Positions 19,157 to 29,564 of a stretch of 64,000 bases of DNA are shown here, in pieces (the first letter of the stretch is position 1; each line of letters begins with the position of its first letter). This DNA is from a candidate division TA06 bacterium (GTDB taxonomy: Bacteria > Hydrothermota > DG-26 > E44-bin18). The translations under genes were made by a program, and so were the position numbers. The stretch covers positions 9,873 to 73,872 of the forward strand of contig SOJN01000094.1 in NCBI GenBank assembly GCA_004376575.1, read 5' to 3'. A model generated the notes under the pieces. That model ran no database searches. It had not been told where the DNA came from and saw only the letters and a list, made by a program, of their open reading frames with translations.

Positions 19157-19995
19157 TGGTGATTGTACCGCTCGCATTTGATTCGATGGGAGCAAGGGGG
19201 TCGTCATGCCTTGTAGAGGTTGGTGGGAAGAAGATTCTTATCGATCCAGGGGTAAATCTTGGTCCAAAAAGACATAAACTTCCTCCTCATCCTCTGGAAG
19301 AGGAGAGGAAAAAATCACTCTGGGGACGAATCAAATTGAGTGGAGAAGAAGCTGACATCATCGTTCTTACACACTACCATTATGACCACCTTAACCCTGA
19401 AGGGTATGATGTCTTCTATAACAAAACGATCTTCCTGAAACATCCTGAAAAGAATCTAAATTACAATCAAATGAGGCGTGCCTCTCTCCTTTTGGAAGAT
19501 ATTAAGAACAAAGTGCAAGAGATCGTTTTCGCGGATGGGGTAACTATAAATATGCAAGACGTGACCATTTCTTTTTCTCAGGCTGTTCCTCATGGGATGG
19601 ATACGAGAAGAGGATGTGTTATTCAAGTATTCATTGAAGGAGGTTCGGGAAGTTTTTTATTCACCTCTGATATTGAAGGCGCAAACCTTAATGAGCAGAT
19701 TGATTTCATAATCGAAAAAAATCCAGACATCCTATTGATAGATGGACCGGCAATAACCTTCCCAGAGTGTCGCTCTCACAGGATTTCTGAAATAGTAGAA
19801 AAAACAGATATAAAAAAGATTGTGATTGACCACCACATTATGAGAGAAACTAATTGGAAGGAATATATTGAAGATGCGTATATGGTTGCAAGAGAGAAGG
19901 GAGTGGAGATTCTTTCTGCAGCAGAATTCAAAGGAGAAGAAGAAGACCTGCTCGAAGCAAGAAGAGTGGAATTGTATGAAAAGTATCCAATATGA
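19156..19995 (+). CDS. MBL-fold metallo-hydrolase, resembling the mainly archaeal UPF0282-type family
   Basis: VLTHYHYDH metal motif; PLAFDSMGARGSSCLVEVGGKKILIDPGVNLGPKRHKLPPHPLE N-terminus. The ATG overlaps the lexA stop (TGATG) and has GGAGGA 8 nt upstream. Confidence 0.75.
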   Translation: MVIVPLAFDSMGARGSSCLVEVGGKKILIDPGVNLGPKRHKLPPHPLEEERKKSLWGRIKLSGEEADIIVLTHYHYDHLNPEGYDVFYNKTIFLKHPEKNLNYNQMRRASLLLEDIKNKVQEIVFADGVTINMQDVTISFSQAVPHGMDTRRGCVIQVFIEGGSGSFLFTSDIEGANLNEQIDFIIEKNPDILLIDGPAITFPECRSHRISEIVEKTDIKKIVIDHHIMRETNWKEYIEDAYMVAREKGVEILSAAEFKGEEEDLLEARRVELYEKYPI

Positions 19996-20221
19996 ACGGG
20001 GAGATCAAAATATGTTATTTCCTTGCCTCATAAAGATCTTGCTAGAAATTGCTTCGGCTCGCTACGCAGGCCTCGCAAAGACATTTTTTTCTCAATGAGT
20101 GACGGTAAAGGATTTACCATGAGGACCACCCACACCATCTTCCACTCCCTTGAGGGAGGATGTTATTATTCAAGAATTCAGATCTAAGATTGACGATTGA
20201 AAGCAACGCTTGCGGGGAAGA

Positions 20222-21430
20222 ATGAGAAAGATTATTCACATAGACATGGATGCTTTTTTTGCTTCCATTGAAACAGTGAGCAATCCCGGCCTCAAAGGTA
20301 AACCAATAATAGTATGCGGGAATCCAGAAGGTAGAACTGCAGTTGCATCGGCCTCCTATGAAGCCAGGAAATTCGGGGTGAAAGCGGGGATGGGGCTTCC
20401 GGAGGCTCTCAGGCTTTGTCCCAGGGCAATTCTTGTCGAAGGAACCCCCTCAAAATATATTACTACATCATTAAAGCTATTAAAGACGCTCAGCAAGTAT
20501 TCGGATCTTCTGGAAATATTTTCGATCGATGAGGCTTTTCTTGACGTCACCAATACAGAGCATCTTTTCGGAGGTGCCAGAACGATATCTAAAGAGATAA
20601 AAGAGTATGTGGTGAATAACTTTTCAGTCACCTGCTCAATAGGAATTGCTCCCAATAAACTTCTTGCTAAGCTTGCCAGTGGGTTCTCAAAACCTGATGG
20701 ACTTTCGGAAATCCAACCAGAGAATGTATCACAAACCCTGGAAAATATCCCTGTGCAGGAGCTCTGCGGAATTGGGGAAAAGACCAGAGAAGTATTATCC
20801 AGGTTGGGAATAAAGACCTGTGGTGAACTTGGACGGTTTGATGTGAGGAAACTTGAGAAAGGGTTTGGAAAGGGGGGTAGAATTTTTCGTGATATGGGGC
20901 TCGGGATTGACAACTCTTCCGTCCATCCCTATTACTATGAGTCTGAAACAAAGTCTTTTGGACATACCATGACATTGCAGGAGGATACAAGAGACTTAAG
21001 CTTGATATTGAGACACCTTCTTCAACTGTCAGAACAGGTTGGAAGAAGGCTGAGGAAAGAGAATTATGCTGGGAAGACAATCACAGTTGTGATCCGATAT
21101 GAAAACTTCGAAACACTTACTAGACAAAAGACATTTGATCTCCATTTCGACGAAGGGCTTCCAATATACAGAGCCGCAAAATCAATCTTCTTGAGGGAGT
21201 TTGACAGGAAGAGGCTTCTTCGGCTGATAGGTGTGAGCGTATCAAACTTGGTTAAGGGGAAAAAGCAGGAAGAACTTTTTAAAAAACAAAGAAACGAAAC
21301 TTTGATAAGAACTCTTGATGATATTAATGATAAGTATGGTGAATTTGCTGTGACAAGAGGCAGCATTCTTTATACTGGTAGAAAGCAAAGCATAGTTCCC
21401 TTCGGGCTCATCAAACAAAAAGGAGCTTAG
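20222..21430 (+). CDS. dinB: DNA polymerase IV (Y-family)
   Basis: MRKIIHIDMDAFFASIE...SIDEAFLDV...IGIAPNKLLAKLAS motifs. Confidence 0.9.
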   Translation: MRKIIHIDMDAFFASIETVSNPGLKGKPIIVCGNPEGRTAVASASYEARKFGVKAGMGLPEALRLCPRAILVEGTPSKYITTSLKLLKTLSKYSDLLEIFSIDEAFLDVTNTEHLFGGARTISKEIKEYVVNNFSVTCSIGIAPNKLLAKLASGFSKPDGLSEIQPENVSQTLENIPVQELCGIGEKTREVLSRLGIKTCGELGRFDVRKLEKGFGKGGRIFRDMGLGIDNSSVHPYYYESETKSFGHTMTLQEDTRDLSLILRHLLQLSEQVGRRLRKENYAGKTITVVIRYENFETLTRQKTFDLHFDEGLPIYRAAKSIFLREFDRKRLLRLIGVSVSNLVKGKKQEELFKKQRNETLIRTLDDINDKYGEFAVTRGSILYTGRKQSIVPFGLIKQKGA

Positions 21431-21433
21431 ACA

Positions 21434-22300
21434 ATGACAAGAATCGGCACAAGCGGATACTCCTTCTCTGATTGGAAGGGGCCCATTTATCCCAAGAACA
21501 TCAAAGACCCCAGCCTTCTCCCTTACTATGAGATAGAACTGGGGTTTGACACTGTGGAGATTAACTTCACATATTACAGACTCCCAAATGCCAGGACTAC
21601 CGAGGCTATGGCGAAAAAGGTCTCGGACAAGTTCACCTTTGTCGTCAGGTCAAACAAGGATATGACTCATGAAATCTGGTCAGACAAGAAAAGAACTGAG
21701 ATTATCGACAACTCGGACGTCTTCACTCAGTTTATTGAAGGTCTCAGACCCATGACTGAGAAGAATAAGCTCTCATGTATACTCCTTCAGTTTCCTGTCT
21801 TTTTCCTCGCGAGTTCCAGGAATGAGGACTACATTCTACAGTGCAAAGACAGATTAAAAGGGGTTCCTGTGGTGGTCGAGTTCAGGAATAAGGCCTGGAT
21901 CAGGGACAGGACTTTTGATTTTCTCAAAAACAATGAACTCGGGTTCTGTATCGTTGACGAGCCGCCGCTTCCCAGACTTGTTCCCTACAAGCCGATTGCC
22001 ACGTCCGGTGTTGCCTACTTCAGGTTTCATGGCCGGAACAAGAACTGGTTCAGAGCAAGCCGGGAAGAAAGGTACAATTATCTCTATTCAGAGGAAGAGT
22101 TGAAGAAATTTGTCCCGGATATAGAGAAGATGGCCAGGAGCGGCCTTAACACTCTCGTATTCTTCAATAATTGTCATGCAGGATCGGCTGCAAGGAATGC
22201 TCTGATGATGAAGAAATTCCTAGGCCTCCTAGACGAGTTCTCTCAGGGTCAGAAGTATGCGATAGGAGAAGATGAGAGGGAGCCCGGAATGCTCTTCTGA
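21434..22300 (+). CDS. DUF72 domain protein
   Basis: 288 aa. IGTSGYSFSDWKGPIYP...VEFRNKAW...YFRFHGRN pattern. Confidence 0.85.
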   Translation: MTRIGTSGYSFSDWKGPIYPKNIKDPSLLPYYEIELGFDTVEINFTYYRLPNARTTEAMAKKVSDKFTFVVRSNKDMTHEIWSDKKRTEIIDNSDVFTQFIEGLRPMTEKNKLSCILLQFPVFFLASSRNEDYILQCKDRLKGVPVVVEFRNKAWIRDRTFDFLKNNELGFCIVDEPPLPRLVPYKPIATSGVAYFRFHGRNKNWFRASREERYNYLYSEEELKKFVPDIEKMARSGLNTLVFFNNCHAGSAARNALMMKKFLGLLDEFSQGQKYAIGEDEREPGMLF

Positions 22301-22452
22301 GGGGATTGGTCGGCCTTCTTACCATCCGATTTAGTCCTGAGCCTGAAATAGGCGAGGAGGAGTGCCACCATAGCAGTGGCGACAAAGATGAAGAAGCCTT
22401 TGGCAAATTTCTCCATTGGTTATTTCTGAGTGTTGGAGCCGAGCCTGAAACC

Positions 22453-25400
22453 TTACCTCTTCAAGAGAATAGTCTTTGAAGTCCTGTCAAAAACGGTTCT
22501 GCCAGATCTTGAGCACCTGAGACTATAGAAGTATATCCCATTCGGTACAGCATTCTGCTTGGAGTCGCGTCCGTCCCACTCTACGACCTGGTATCCTGCG
22601 TTCTCTATGCCGTTTTTCAGAGTTCTCACAAGTTGTCCTGCAGAGTTATAGATCTTGAGCTCAACCTTGCTCCTGGCAGGCAGTTCGAGTCTCAAGGAAG
22701 ACGTCTCTGAGAATGGGTTCGGATACGCTTCAGACATACCGTAGAAGAGCGGTATCCTTCGCAGATACGCTGACTCTTCCGCACCCACCTCGGGACAGAA
22801 ATAGACTGTTGCCTCATCTATGTACCAGCCTTCCTCGGTGACATACTTGTCTGAACCGAAATTGAATCTGAATAGGACCGTCCCGGAATATGTGCCGATA
22901 TCAAAAGTCTCGTACCGCCAATCGTGTGATCCTGAGAAACAGGGTGTCCCGGCAGGAAAAGGACTGTCGAGATTGTCGATTATGGTGTACTGGTATCCTC
23001 CCTGTGGAGTGATCTGAGTCCAGTTGCTTCCGCCATCAGTCGATATCTCGACAAATCCTCCATCCCATGCGCGTGTGGCATTACGATTCTCCGCATCCAT
23101 CCGGTGCCAGAAACCTAACACTGACCCCAGCTCAAGGTCGATAGAGGGTGTGATGAGCACGGAATGGTTGAGGTCGTCATAGTTGCTACCGTTCGGTCCG
23201 CCGCATTTCCAGGATGTGGAGTCCAAAGGATTATAGTTTCTGAACTGTGACATGTGCCACTCATCGACATATCCACCGCTGCCCTGCTGGTGTACCCAGT
23301 CGCCCTGTCCACTCTCCATGTCGTCATAGAAACCTGCGCACACCTCGAAGGTGTGATAAGACTGATCCGGAGGTTCATAGCTGGTATTGGAGCCTCCGGA
23401 GGAATCCACGGCCACAATTCGATAATCAAAGATGTCAGACGTGTCCGCTCCAGAAGCGAACTGCGCAAAATAGAGATCAGTACTCGCGAGCCGCTGCATG
23501 GGGATCGGAACCTCGTCCAGCCCGTTTCGCTTGTATTCAAGAGTGACCGATTCAAGACCCAGGTTGTCTGTCACTTCTACAATGGCAGTGGCCGGCCATG
23601 CACTCAGGGGCATGTCCATAAGAGGATCATGGACTATTGTCGGGGCCACGGTGTCGCTACCCACGTAGAATGAATATACACTGTCGTCAGGCGCACCGAT
23701 GGGTGATGTCATACAAAGGAGCGACATATAATAATTGACTACGGTTCCTGCTGGCTGCGCAGGTATGAACGCCTCGTATTCGTCAGGATTCCCCGTACTG
23801 TCCATGGCCATCTGCGTGTAATTCGTATCCGGTGCGATGGTGTAGAGAAGCCATATCGTATCCTGGAAAGGAATAGTCGGCACAATCTCAGCCAGGATCT
23901 GGTAAGGGTTAAGAGTATCTTCAGTGTCCGGCAGAGGAGTATGGTCTACGGTTGCCGGTCCTGGCCCGATGCCGTGCTTATCAAAGGCCAGATAGATGAC
24001 GCAGGCATGTGGAGTGCCGTCCCCGAGATTATCGTTGTCGTCATCTGCTATGAGGACCTCGATAAGGTAATCTTCAAACAGGATGGCTTCACCGTACAGG
24101 GCATATACCCACAAGCTGTCTGTGAGGGTACGACCTTCGTACGTTCTCAGGTCCCACATTGCTCCGCCGATGATCAAACCATCGTTGTGAGATTGGCCGA
24201 TGAAATCCTCGGGGTATCTTCTGTTATTGTCGAGATTTCGAAGGTAGCCTCCGTTGAAGACGAGTCCTCCGTCACCCAGATATGGGTCATCATTGTTGGT
24301 GCAGGCGCCGTAGTCCGCGAAACCCTCGTGCATTGCGGCAAACTGCTGACCGCTTCCAAAACTGTAAATGTGGTCGATTATTCCGTGAGTGTATTCGTGA
24401 TAGATTACGTCGCTGAAAAGGGCGAGATTCCTGAACCCTCCGGGGGCGTTGCTCCCTTCTCCGAAGTGGATGTCTCTTCCGTCATAGAAGGCGTTGTCAT
24501 AGTTTGTGCCGTATCTTACTTCAGCAATCATCTGATAGTCCATACCATTGAAATAGAAAGGTGCACCCTTAATCCAATCGTGTATGAATACCACATGATA
24601 ATACATGTTTATCTCGTCCATTAACCCATCGCCCGGCGCCGTCCACGCCCAATCGTGCGGAGAAGATGTCAAGGCGCTGTCAGAATGGAGTGCCTCAGGC
24701 CCGTCCTCATACATCACTCTCACGTAAAGACCGGACAACTGTGACTGAATGGGATATAGCCCCGCTGGACCGACTTCAATGGAATAGTCACCTATGAGGT
24801 CGGTGTTGTCCTGCCCTATGCTGGGTACTGTGACCGTCTCATGGGCGTAGGGCATCTCAACAGGAGTCTCATCGTAGAATTCCGGGAGCATAAAACCGGT
24901 AACTGTGCCTGAGACGGCGTCGAATTTGATTTGATTCTCAGAGTGTATCACCTCGTTGGAGTGTGCATCCACAAAGACAAGCCAGTTACCCGGAGGCGAC
25001 TTAGTTCTCATTCTGGTAGTCCATGCCAGATGGTAACGATGAGGCATCACAGACTCATCTGGATATACAAGGAGTTTGGTTTCAACCAGTTCATCAGTTT
25101 CCTCTTTGAAATCGACGCTCTCTTTGGCAGTCCTTACGGCAGCCTGCTCAGATACTGATGGACTGGCATTCACATCAACATGTGGAAAGCATTCCGAGCC
25201 GAACAAGAGAAGGTTGCCGTTTTCTGCAACTCTGAAGTGCACCCTGCCCCCGTAGACAGGGACACCTTCGTATTTCTGATCAAAAATGACGTACCACTTT
25301 CCTCTGAGCGTCTTTCTGGAGACAGCGAGATTGCTTTCCTTGATGCCAAATAGACTCTCGTTTGCTCTCAAAAAGGAGCGGCAAGCCTCTTCGATATTTG

Positions 25401-25683
25401 TTTGGTCAACCGTTGCCGTGATTTTCAGACCTGAAAGGAGCGCTCTGTGTGGTATGTCCCTTACGGTGTCCCAGCGCAGTGTCCATTCGACATCATACTT
25501 TGAGGTGAACTCCTTCCATTTCTCTGGTACGGGCGTTCTACCGCCAATAGTGACGTAGCGCGACTCCCCTGGGGCTGTGTAATGGTCGGGAGTCTTTTCG
25601 CTTCTAAAGCCTTCAGCGTGAAAGGCGAACAATACGGTCAAAGATACTGCAAACAACAAGGTGAGACCGCGAAATTTCATCAA
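22453..25683 (-). CDS. Secreted M36 (fungalysin)-like zinc metalloprotease with a jelly-roll/MAM-like domain and a T9SS C-terminal sorting domain
   Basis: Signal peptide; HEYTHG zinc motif followed by EGFADY. C-terminus YPNPFSETSSLRLELP...LKIYNSAGQLV...GIYFYSL...ILLKR. Confidence 0.85.
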   Translation of the reverse strand: MMKFRGLTLLFAVSLTVLFAFHAEGFRSEKTPDHYTAPGESRYVTIGGRTPVPEKWKEFTSKYDVEWTLRWDTVRDIPHRALLSGLKITATVDQTNIEEACRSFLRANESLFGIKESNLAVSRKTLRGKWYVIFDQKYEGVPVYGGRVHFRVAENGNLLLFGSECFPHVDVNASPSVSEQAAVRTAKESVDFKEETDELVETKLLVYPDESVMPHRYHLAWTTRMRTKSPPGNWLVFVDAHSNEVIHSENQIKFDAVSGTVTGFMLPEFYDETPVEMPYAHETVTVPSIGQDNTDLIGDYSIEVGPAGLYPIQSQLSGLYVRVMYEDGPEALHSDSALTSSPHDWAWTAPGDGLMDEINMYYHVVFIHDWIKGAPFYFNGMDYQMIAEVRYGTNYDNAFYDGRDIHFGEGSNAPGGFRNLALFSDVIYHEYTHGIIDHIYSFGSGQQFAAMHEGFADYGACTNNDDPYLGDGGLVFNGGYLRNLDNNRRYPEDFIGQSHNDGLIIGGAMWDLRTYEGRTLTDSLWVYALYGEAILFEDYLIEVLIADDDNDNLGDGTPHACVIYLAFDKHGIGPGPATVDHTPLPDTEDTLNPYQILAEIVPTIPFQDTIWLLYTIAPDTNYTQMAMDSTGNPDEYEAFIPAQPAGTVVNYYMSLLCMTSPIGAPDDSVYSFYVGSDTVAPTIVHDPLMDMPLSAWPATAIVEVTDNLGLESVTLEYKRNGLDEVPIPMQRLASTDLYFAQFASGADTSDIFDYRIVAVDSSGGSNTSYEPPDQSYHTFEVCAGFYDDMESGQGDWVHQQGSGGYVDEWHMSQFRNYNPLDSTSWKCGGPNGSNYDDLNHSVLITPSIDLELGSVLGFWHRMDAENRNATRAWDGGFVEISTDGGSNWTQITPQGGYQYTIIDNLDSPFPAGTPCFSGSHDWRYETFDIGTYSGTVLFRFNFGSDKYVTEEGWYIDEATVYFCPEVGAEESAYLRRIPLFYGMSEAYPNPFSETSSLRLELPARSKVELKIYNSAGQLVRTLKNGIENAGYQVVEWDGRDSKQNAVPNGIYFYSLRCSRSGRTVFDRTSKTILLKR

Positions 25684-25797
25684 TACCTCCGTTTGATGGG
25701 GTTTGGAATATCTTCGCTGTGGTTGCAGGTACAGAATACATGAGGGCTCCTAACCTGTCAATCCAATAAAGTAGAGCAATTTGGCCCAGTTCAGAGC

Positions 25798-25825
25798 TTG
25801 ATTTTCCTTGCGAGTGTGGTATGAT
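25798..25825 (+). promoter_or_regulatory. Sigma70-type promoter candidate for the C25 protease gene (TTGATT-16-TATGAT)
   Basis: TTGATT at 25798..25803 and TATGAT at 25820..25825, about 60 nt upstream of the start. Confidence 0.35.
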
Positions 25826-25884
25826 TAAAATATGGGATACATATGTCTGGTTTCAGACTCTGGCCTTGGAAAATGGAGGATTAT

Positions 25885-28800
25885 ATGAAAGCCATTTCGT
25901 TTCTGGTGATCGCCCTGGCGAGTTCATTGGTTCTCGCTTCAATATGTTCTGGTATGGAAATCGTGCAGTCTGTCCAGTTCTCGTCCAATTCTCTCGCTAT
26001 TTCTGATTTTGAAGGATACGCCAAGATTAGACTGAAGGGGTGCGACCTGACTGATGAAGTTGGCAAGCCGCAATTACCTATGAAGACGATTCTGATCTCC
26101 GTCCCCCAGTTTGCGAATGTTGAGGGCATTAGAGTCCTATCGACTGAGAGTGAAGATGTCCCGGGCAACTATCTCATATTTCCAGCACAGCCCCCGCAGA
26201 TTCTATCCATGGAGAGCGTTACTCAGAAGCCCGTTGAATTCGAAGAACCGGACCTTGAGGTCTATTCCTCCAGGAACCCCTATCCGGGTAAGCTGGGGAG
26301 CGCGGGCAGAACAGGAAATATGCTTGGGTACAAAGTCCTCGGTGTGACTCTCTATCCTGTTCAGTACACCCCATCTGAAGGTAGACTGACAATACACAAG
26401 CGACTGGAAGTGAGAATCGAATACAGTATTGAGTCTGGCGCGCTAAGACTGCCGGGCAAAAGGTCTCCCACTTCTGAGCGGTTCTGCAAGAGTGTTCTCA
26501 AGAGCCTGGTATTGAACGAGGAGGAGTTGGAGAGTGAGGAGCCTGTTTTTGAACCAGTTGTCACCATGCTCCCTCCAGATGATTATGAATATGTGGTCGT
26601 CACATCTGCAGTATACGACTCGGTCTTCCAGCGTCTGGCAGACTGGAAGACGAAAAAGGGCGTTCCAGCAGATGTGGTTACAACCGAGTGGATATACTCC
26701 ACCTATTCTGGTTGGGATAACGCCGAGAAGATCAGGAACTTCATAAAGGACGCGTATGCAAACTGGGGAACGATATGGGTTCTTCTAGGCGGAGACACGA
26801 ACATAGTTCCGGATAGGGTAGGCTTTGCAATGGAATGCGAAGCGGGGTTCGACCCGGATGAAGACAGCATAAGAGCCGACCTCTACTATTCGGATCTGGA
26901 CGGAACGTGGGACTCAAATGGCAATCATATTTATGGCGAAGTTACCGATGGTGTCGATTTGTATACTGATGTTTTTGTGGCCAGGGCTTCGGCTGAAGAC
27001 CTTTCAGAGGTCCAGGCTTTCGTGAACAAGGCTCTGACGTATGAGAGAAATCCAGTCACAGATTATCTGACCAACATGGCCTTTTTCGCTGAGGTTCTCT
27101 GGAGCTTTCCTTACACTGATGCCGGGGTCTTCAAAGACATGATAGATGATGGTTCCGTACCGGCGAGATTTGACATTAGAAAGTTGTATCAGCGGGACGG
27201 GACCGAAAACAAGGATACTGTTGTCGCTGAGATCAATCGAGGCCAGAACATCATGAATCACGCCGGTCATGCCAATGTCTACATTATGTCGGTGGGGTCG
27301 GGTGCGCTCCGCAGGGGAACTATGGACAGCCTTGTTAACGGTGACAGAATTGGATTTCTATACTCTATTGGCTGTTATCCTGCCGCATTCGAGGACGACT
27401 GTATAGCCGAGCATTTCATAACCAATCCAAATGGCGGTGGTATGGGTTTCATAGGTAACTCGAGATATGGCTGGGGATCTCCCGGCAATCCAGGATATGG
27501 GTTTTCTGACATGTTCGACATCGAGTTCTTCAACCAGCTTTTCAACAACAACGTCGCCAGGATTAGTGCTACTCTGGCTGCTACCAAGGCTGCGTATGCT
27601 CCCAAGTCTCATGGGGAGAACATATACAGGTGGCACCAGTATCAGCTGAACGTTCTGGGTGAACCGGAGATGTTCGTCTGGACTGACTCGCTCAGCACCC
27701 TGAGTGTCCGCCATCCGGACTCGATTCCGATGGGAACTTCAGGCTTCGCCGTGACGGTGGACGACGGGCTTGTGCCTGTTTCAGGCGCACTCGTGTGTTT
27801 GATGAAGGACAGCGAGGTCTATGAAAGAGCTCTTACTGACGGTGCTGGACAGGTATCTTTTGGTGTCTCGCCGGCTTCACCCGGGCACATTCAGGTGACG
27901 GTAACAGCTCAGAACTTCCTTCCCTACGAAGATAGCACAGCGGTTTTCTCCACGGGACCATTTGTGGAATGCTTCAGGTTTGGCATTGTCGATTCGGTTG
28001 GGAACAATGACGGTGTTTGCAATCCGGGTGAGAAGATATGGTTGGGCGTTTCTGTCAAGAATAGTGGAAATCAGGCAGCGAACTCAGTTGATGGTGTTCT
28101 TTCCAGTAGTGATCCTTTTGTCAGTCTTGAAGAGACCCTCGCTACGTTCGGAGACCTTGGTGCGGGCGACACTGCACTGGGGATTCCTCAATTCGAATTC
28201 TCGATTGCGCATGCTTGCACAAACGGGCATGTCGCGTACCTGACCCTGGAGACGAGTGATAACTCGGGTCACAATTGGTCTGATGTTATTGGTGTGACAG
28301 TCGCGACACCAGTCCTTTCATGTTTCGGTTACAACGTTCAGGATACTACTGGAAACGGTAACGGGATTCCTGAACCCGGAGAGACTGTTGACATGTTGGT
28401 CTATGTCAGGAATTCAGGTTTAGGAAGAGCGAGGGGCGTGACGGCTCTCCTTTCGTGTGACGATCCCTTCATTTCGCTTCCGGGGTCTCTTGCCAATGTT
28501 GGTGATATCGAGCCAGGAGAGAATGGGTGGGCCCGGTTTGTTGTGAGCATCGATGCCGGATGCCCGGAGCCTCATTTCCCGTGGCTTGACATCAATATGA
28601 CTCCTTCTGATTGGGAGACTAACTCGGACAGCCTGTTGTTCGTTGTGGGAAGTCTTGGGCTTACCGATGACGTTGAAAGCGGTGAAGGAGACTGGACCTA
28701 TGAGGGGCTCTGGCATATCACGGAACACAGGTCTAACTCTGCGACCCACTCCTGGTATTGCGGGCATGAGGACTTGTGGTACTACGACGACCAGATGATT

Positions 28801-29439
28801 GCCTCGCTCACAAGTCCGCCCTTTGTGATTGGACCAAATCCTTATCTCAGTTTCTGGCACTGGTATAACATGCCCATATACGGTTCCGATGGACTCTATA
28901 TTGAAATAAACACAGGCTCAGGATGGGAATTGATACACTTTAAAGGCTGCGGAGGTGCGCTTGACTCGCTGCTCCCGGGCAACGTGTGGTTTAAGGATTG
29001 GTATGATCTCTCATCATATAGTGTAGGTGACTCAGCACGGATCAGGTTCAGGTTCTTCAGCGACCTGGCTGATGTGGGCGAAGGGTGGTATATTGATGAT
29101 ATTAACATTGGCGCTGAGTGCACGGGCATCGCCGAGGTGATCAGGCGGAGGGCGCTGGGTGGTCCACCAAAGCTCTACCAGAACGTGCCCAATCCGTTCA
29201 CAGGGACGACGAGGATATATGCGAATAATCCTGCTGCTGGGAAACCAACAGTAAAGGTCTACGACATAGCGGGAAGGCTGCTAAACTCTCTACCGATGAT
29301 CACAGATGGAACCGGCAAATTCGCTGCTACATGGGACGGCCGAACCGCTGATGGAACCCTCGCACCCAGCGGCACCTACTTCTACCGGCTCGCCCTACCC
29401 AGCGGCCCCACAACAAGGAAAATGATATTGATTAGATAA
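25885..29439 (+). CDS. Peptidase C25 (gingipain-like) family protein with Ig-like/jelly-roll domains and a T9SS C-terminal sorting domain
   Basis: Start at ATG 25885 after GGAGGA; signal peptide MKAISFLVIALASSLVLA. C25-like core (LADWKTKKG...LLGGDTNIVP..., NHAGHAN His, YSIGCYPAAF Cys). C-terminus NVPNPFTGTTRIY...VKVYDIAGRLL...GTYFYRL...MILIR. Confidence 0.85.
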   Translation: MKAISFLVIALASSLVLASICSGMEIVQSVQFSSNSLAISDFEGYAKIRLKGCDLTDEVGKPQLPMKTILISVPQFANVEGIRVLSTESEDVPGNYLIFPAQPPQILSMESVTQKPVEFEEPDLEVYSSRNPYPGKLGSAGRTGNMLGYKVLGVTLYPVQYTPSEGRLTIHKRLEVRIEYSIESGALRLPGKRSPTSERFCKSVLKSLVLNEEELESEEPVFEPVVTMLPPDDYEYVVVTSAVYDSVFQRLADWKTKKGVPADVVTTEWIYSTYSGWDNAEKIRNFIKDAYANWGTIWVLLGGDTNIVPDRVGFAMECEAGFDPDEDSIRADLYYSDLDGTWDSNGNHIYGEVTDGVDLYTDVFVARASAEDLSEVQAFVNKALTYERNPVTDYLTNMAFFAEVLWSFPYTDAGVFKDMIDDGSVPARFDIRKLYQRDGTENKDTVVAEINRGQNIMNHAGHANVYIMSVGSGALRRGTMDSLVNGDRIGFLYSIGCYPAAFEDDCIAEHFITNPNGGGMGFIGNSRYGWGSPGNPGYGFSDMFDIEFFNQLFNNNVARISATLAATKAAYAPKSHGENIYRWHQYQLNVLGEPEMFVWTDSLSTLSVRHPDSIPMGTSGFAVTVDDGLVPVSGALVCLMKDSEVYERALTDGAGQVSFGVSPASPGHIQVTVTAQNFLPYEDSTAVFSTGPFVECFRFGIVDSVGNNDGVCNPGEKIWLGVSVKNSGNQAANSVDGVLSSSDPFVSLEETLATFGDLGAGDTALGIPQFEFSIAHACTNGHVAYLTLETSDNSGHNWSDVIGVTVATPVLSCFGYNVQDTTGNGNGIPEPGETVDMLVYVRNSGLGRARGVTALLSCDDPFISLPGSLANVGDIEPGENGWARFVVSIDAGCPEPHFPWLDINMTPSDWETNSDSLLFVVGSLGLTDDVESGEGDWTYEGLWHITEHRSNSATHSWYCGHEDLWYYDDQMIASLTSPPFVIGPNPYLSFWHWYNMPIYGSDGLYIEINTGSGWELIHFKGCGGALDSLLPGNVWFKDWYDLSSYSVGDSARIRFRFFSDLADVGEGWYIDDINIGAECTGIAEVIRRRALGGPPKLYQNVPNPFTGTTRIYANNPAAGKPTVKVYDIAGRLLNSLPMITDGTGKFAATWDGRTADGTLAPSGTYFYRLALPSGPTTRKMILIR

Positions 29440-29564
29440 GAACTCTCCTTGGCGGAAGGGGGCAGAGGCGTTGCCCCATGACGCGAGACGGGAGCAATCG
29501 GGTGAGCGAGACCACAGAGAGCTATCGTGAAACAGCCATCACCAGGAGCTAGCGAGGTGAAAGT

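Noticed and set aside
20040-20100. Segment AAATTGCTTCGGCTCGCTACGCAGGCCTCGCAAAGACATTTTTTT between the MBL gene and dinB. It is reminiscent of short repeat elements seen in other uncultivated lineages.
   Set aside because: There is a single copy in this window and no clear hairpin or partner repeat. I cannot substantiate it without a genome-wide search.
22250-22416. 55-codon minus-strand ORF with one hydrophobic helix (MEKFAKGFFIFVATAMVALLLAYF...).
   Set aside because: It has no Shine-Dalgarno sequence and overlaps the 3' end of the DUF72 gene convergently by about 50 nt. It is too short to evaluate without homologs.
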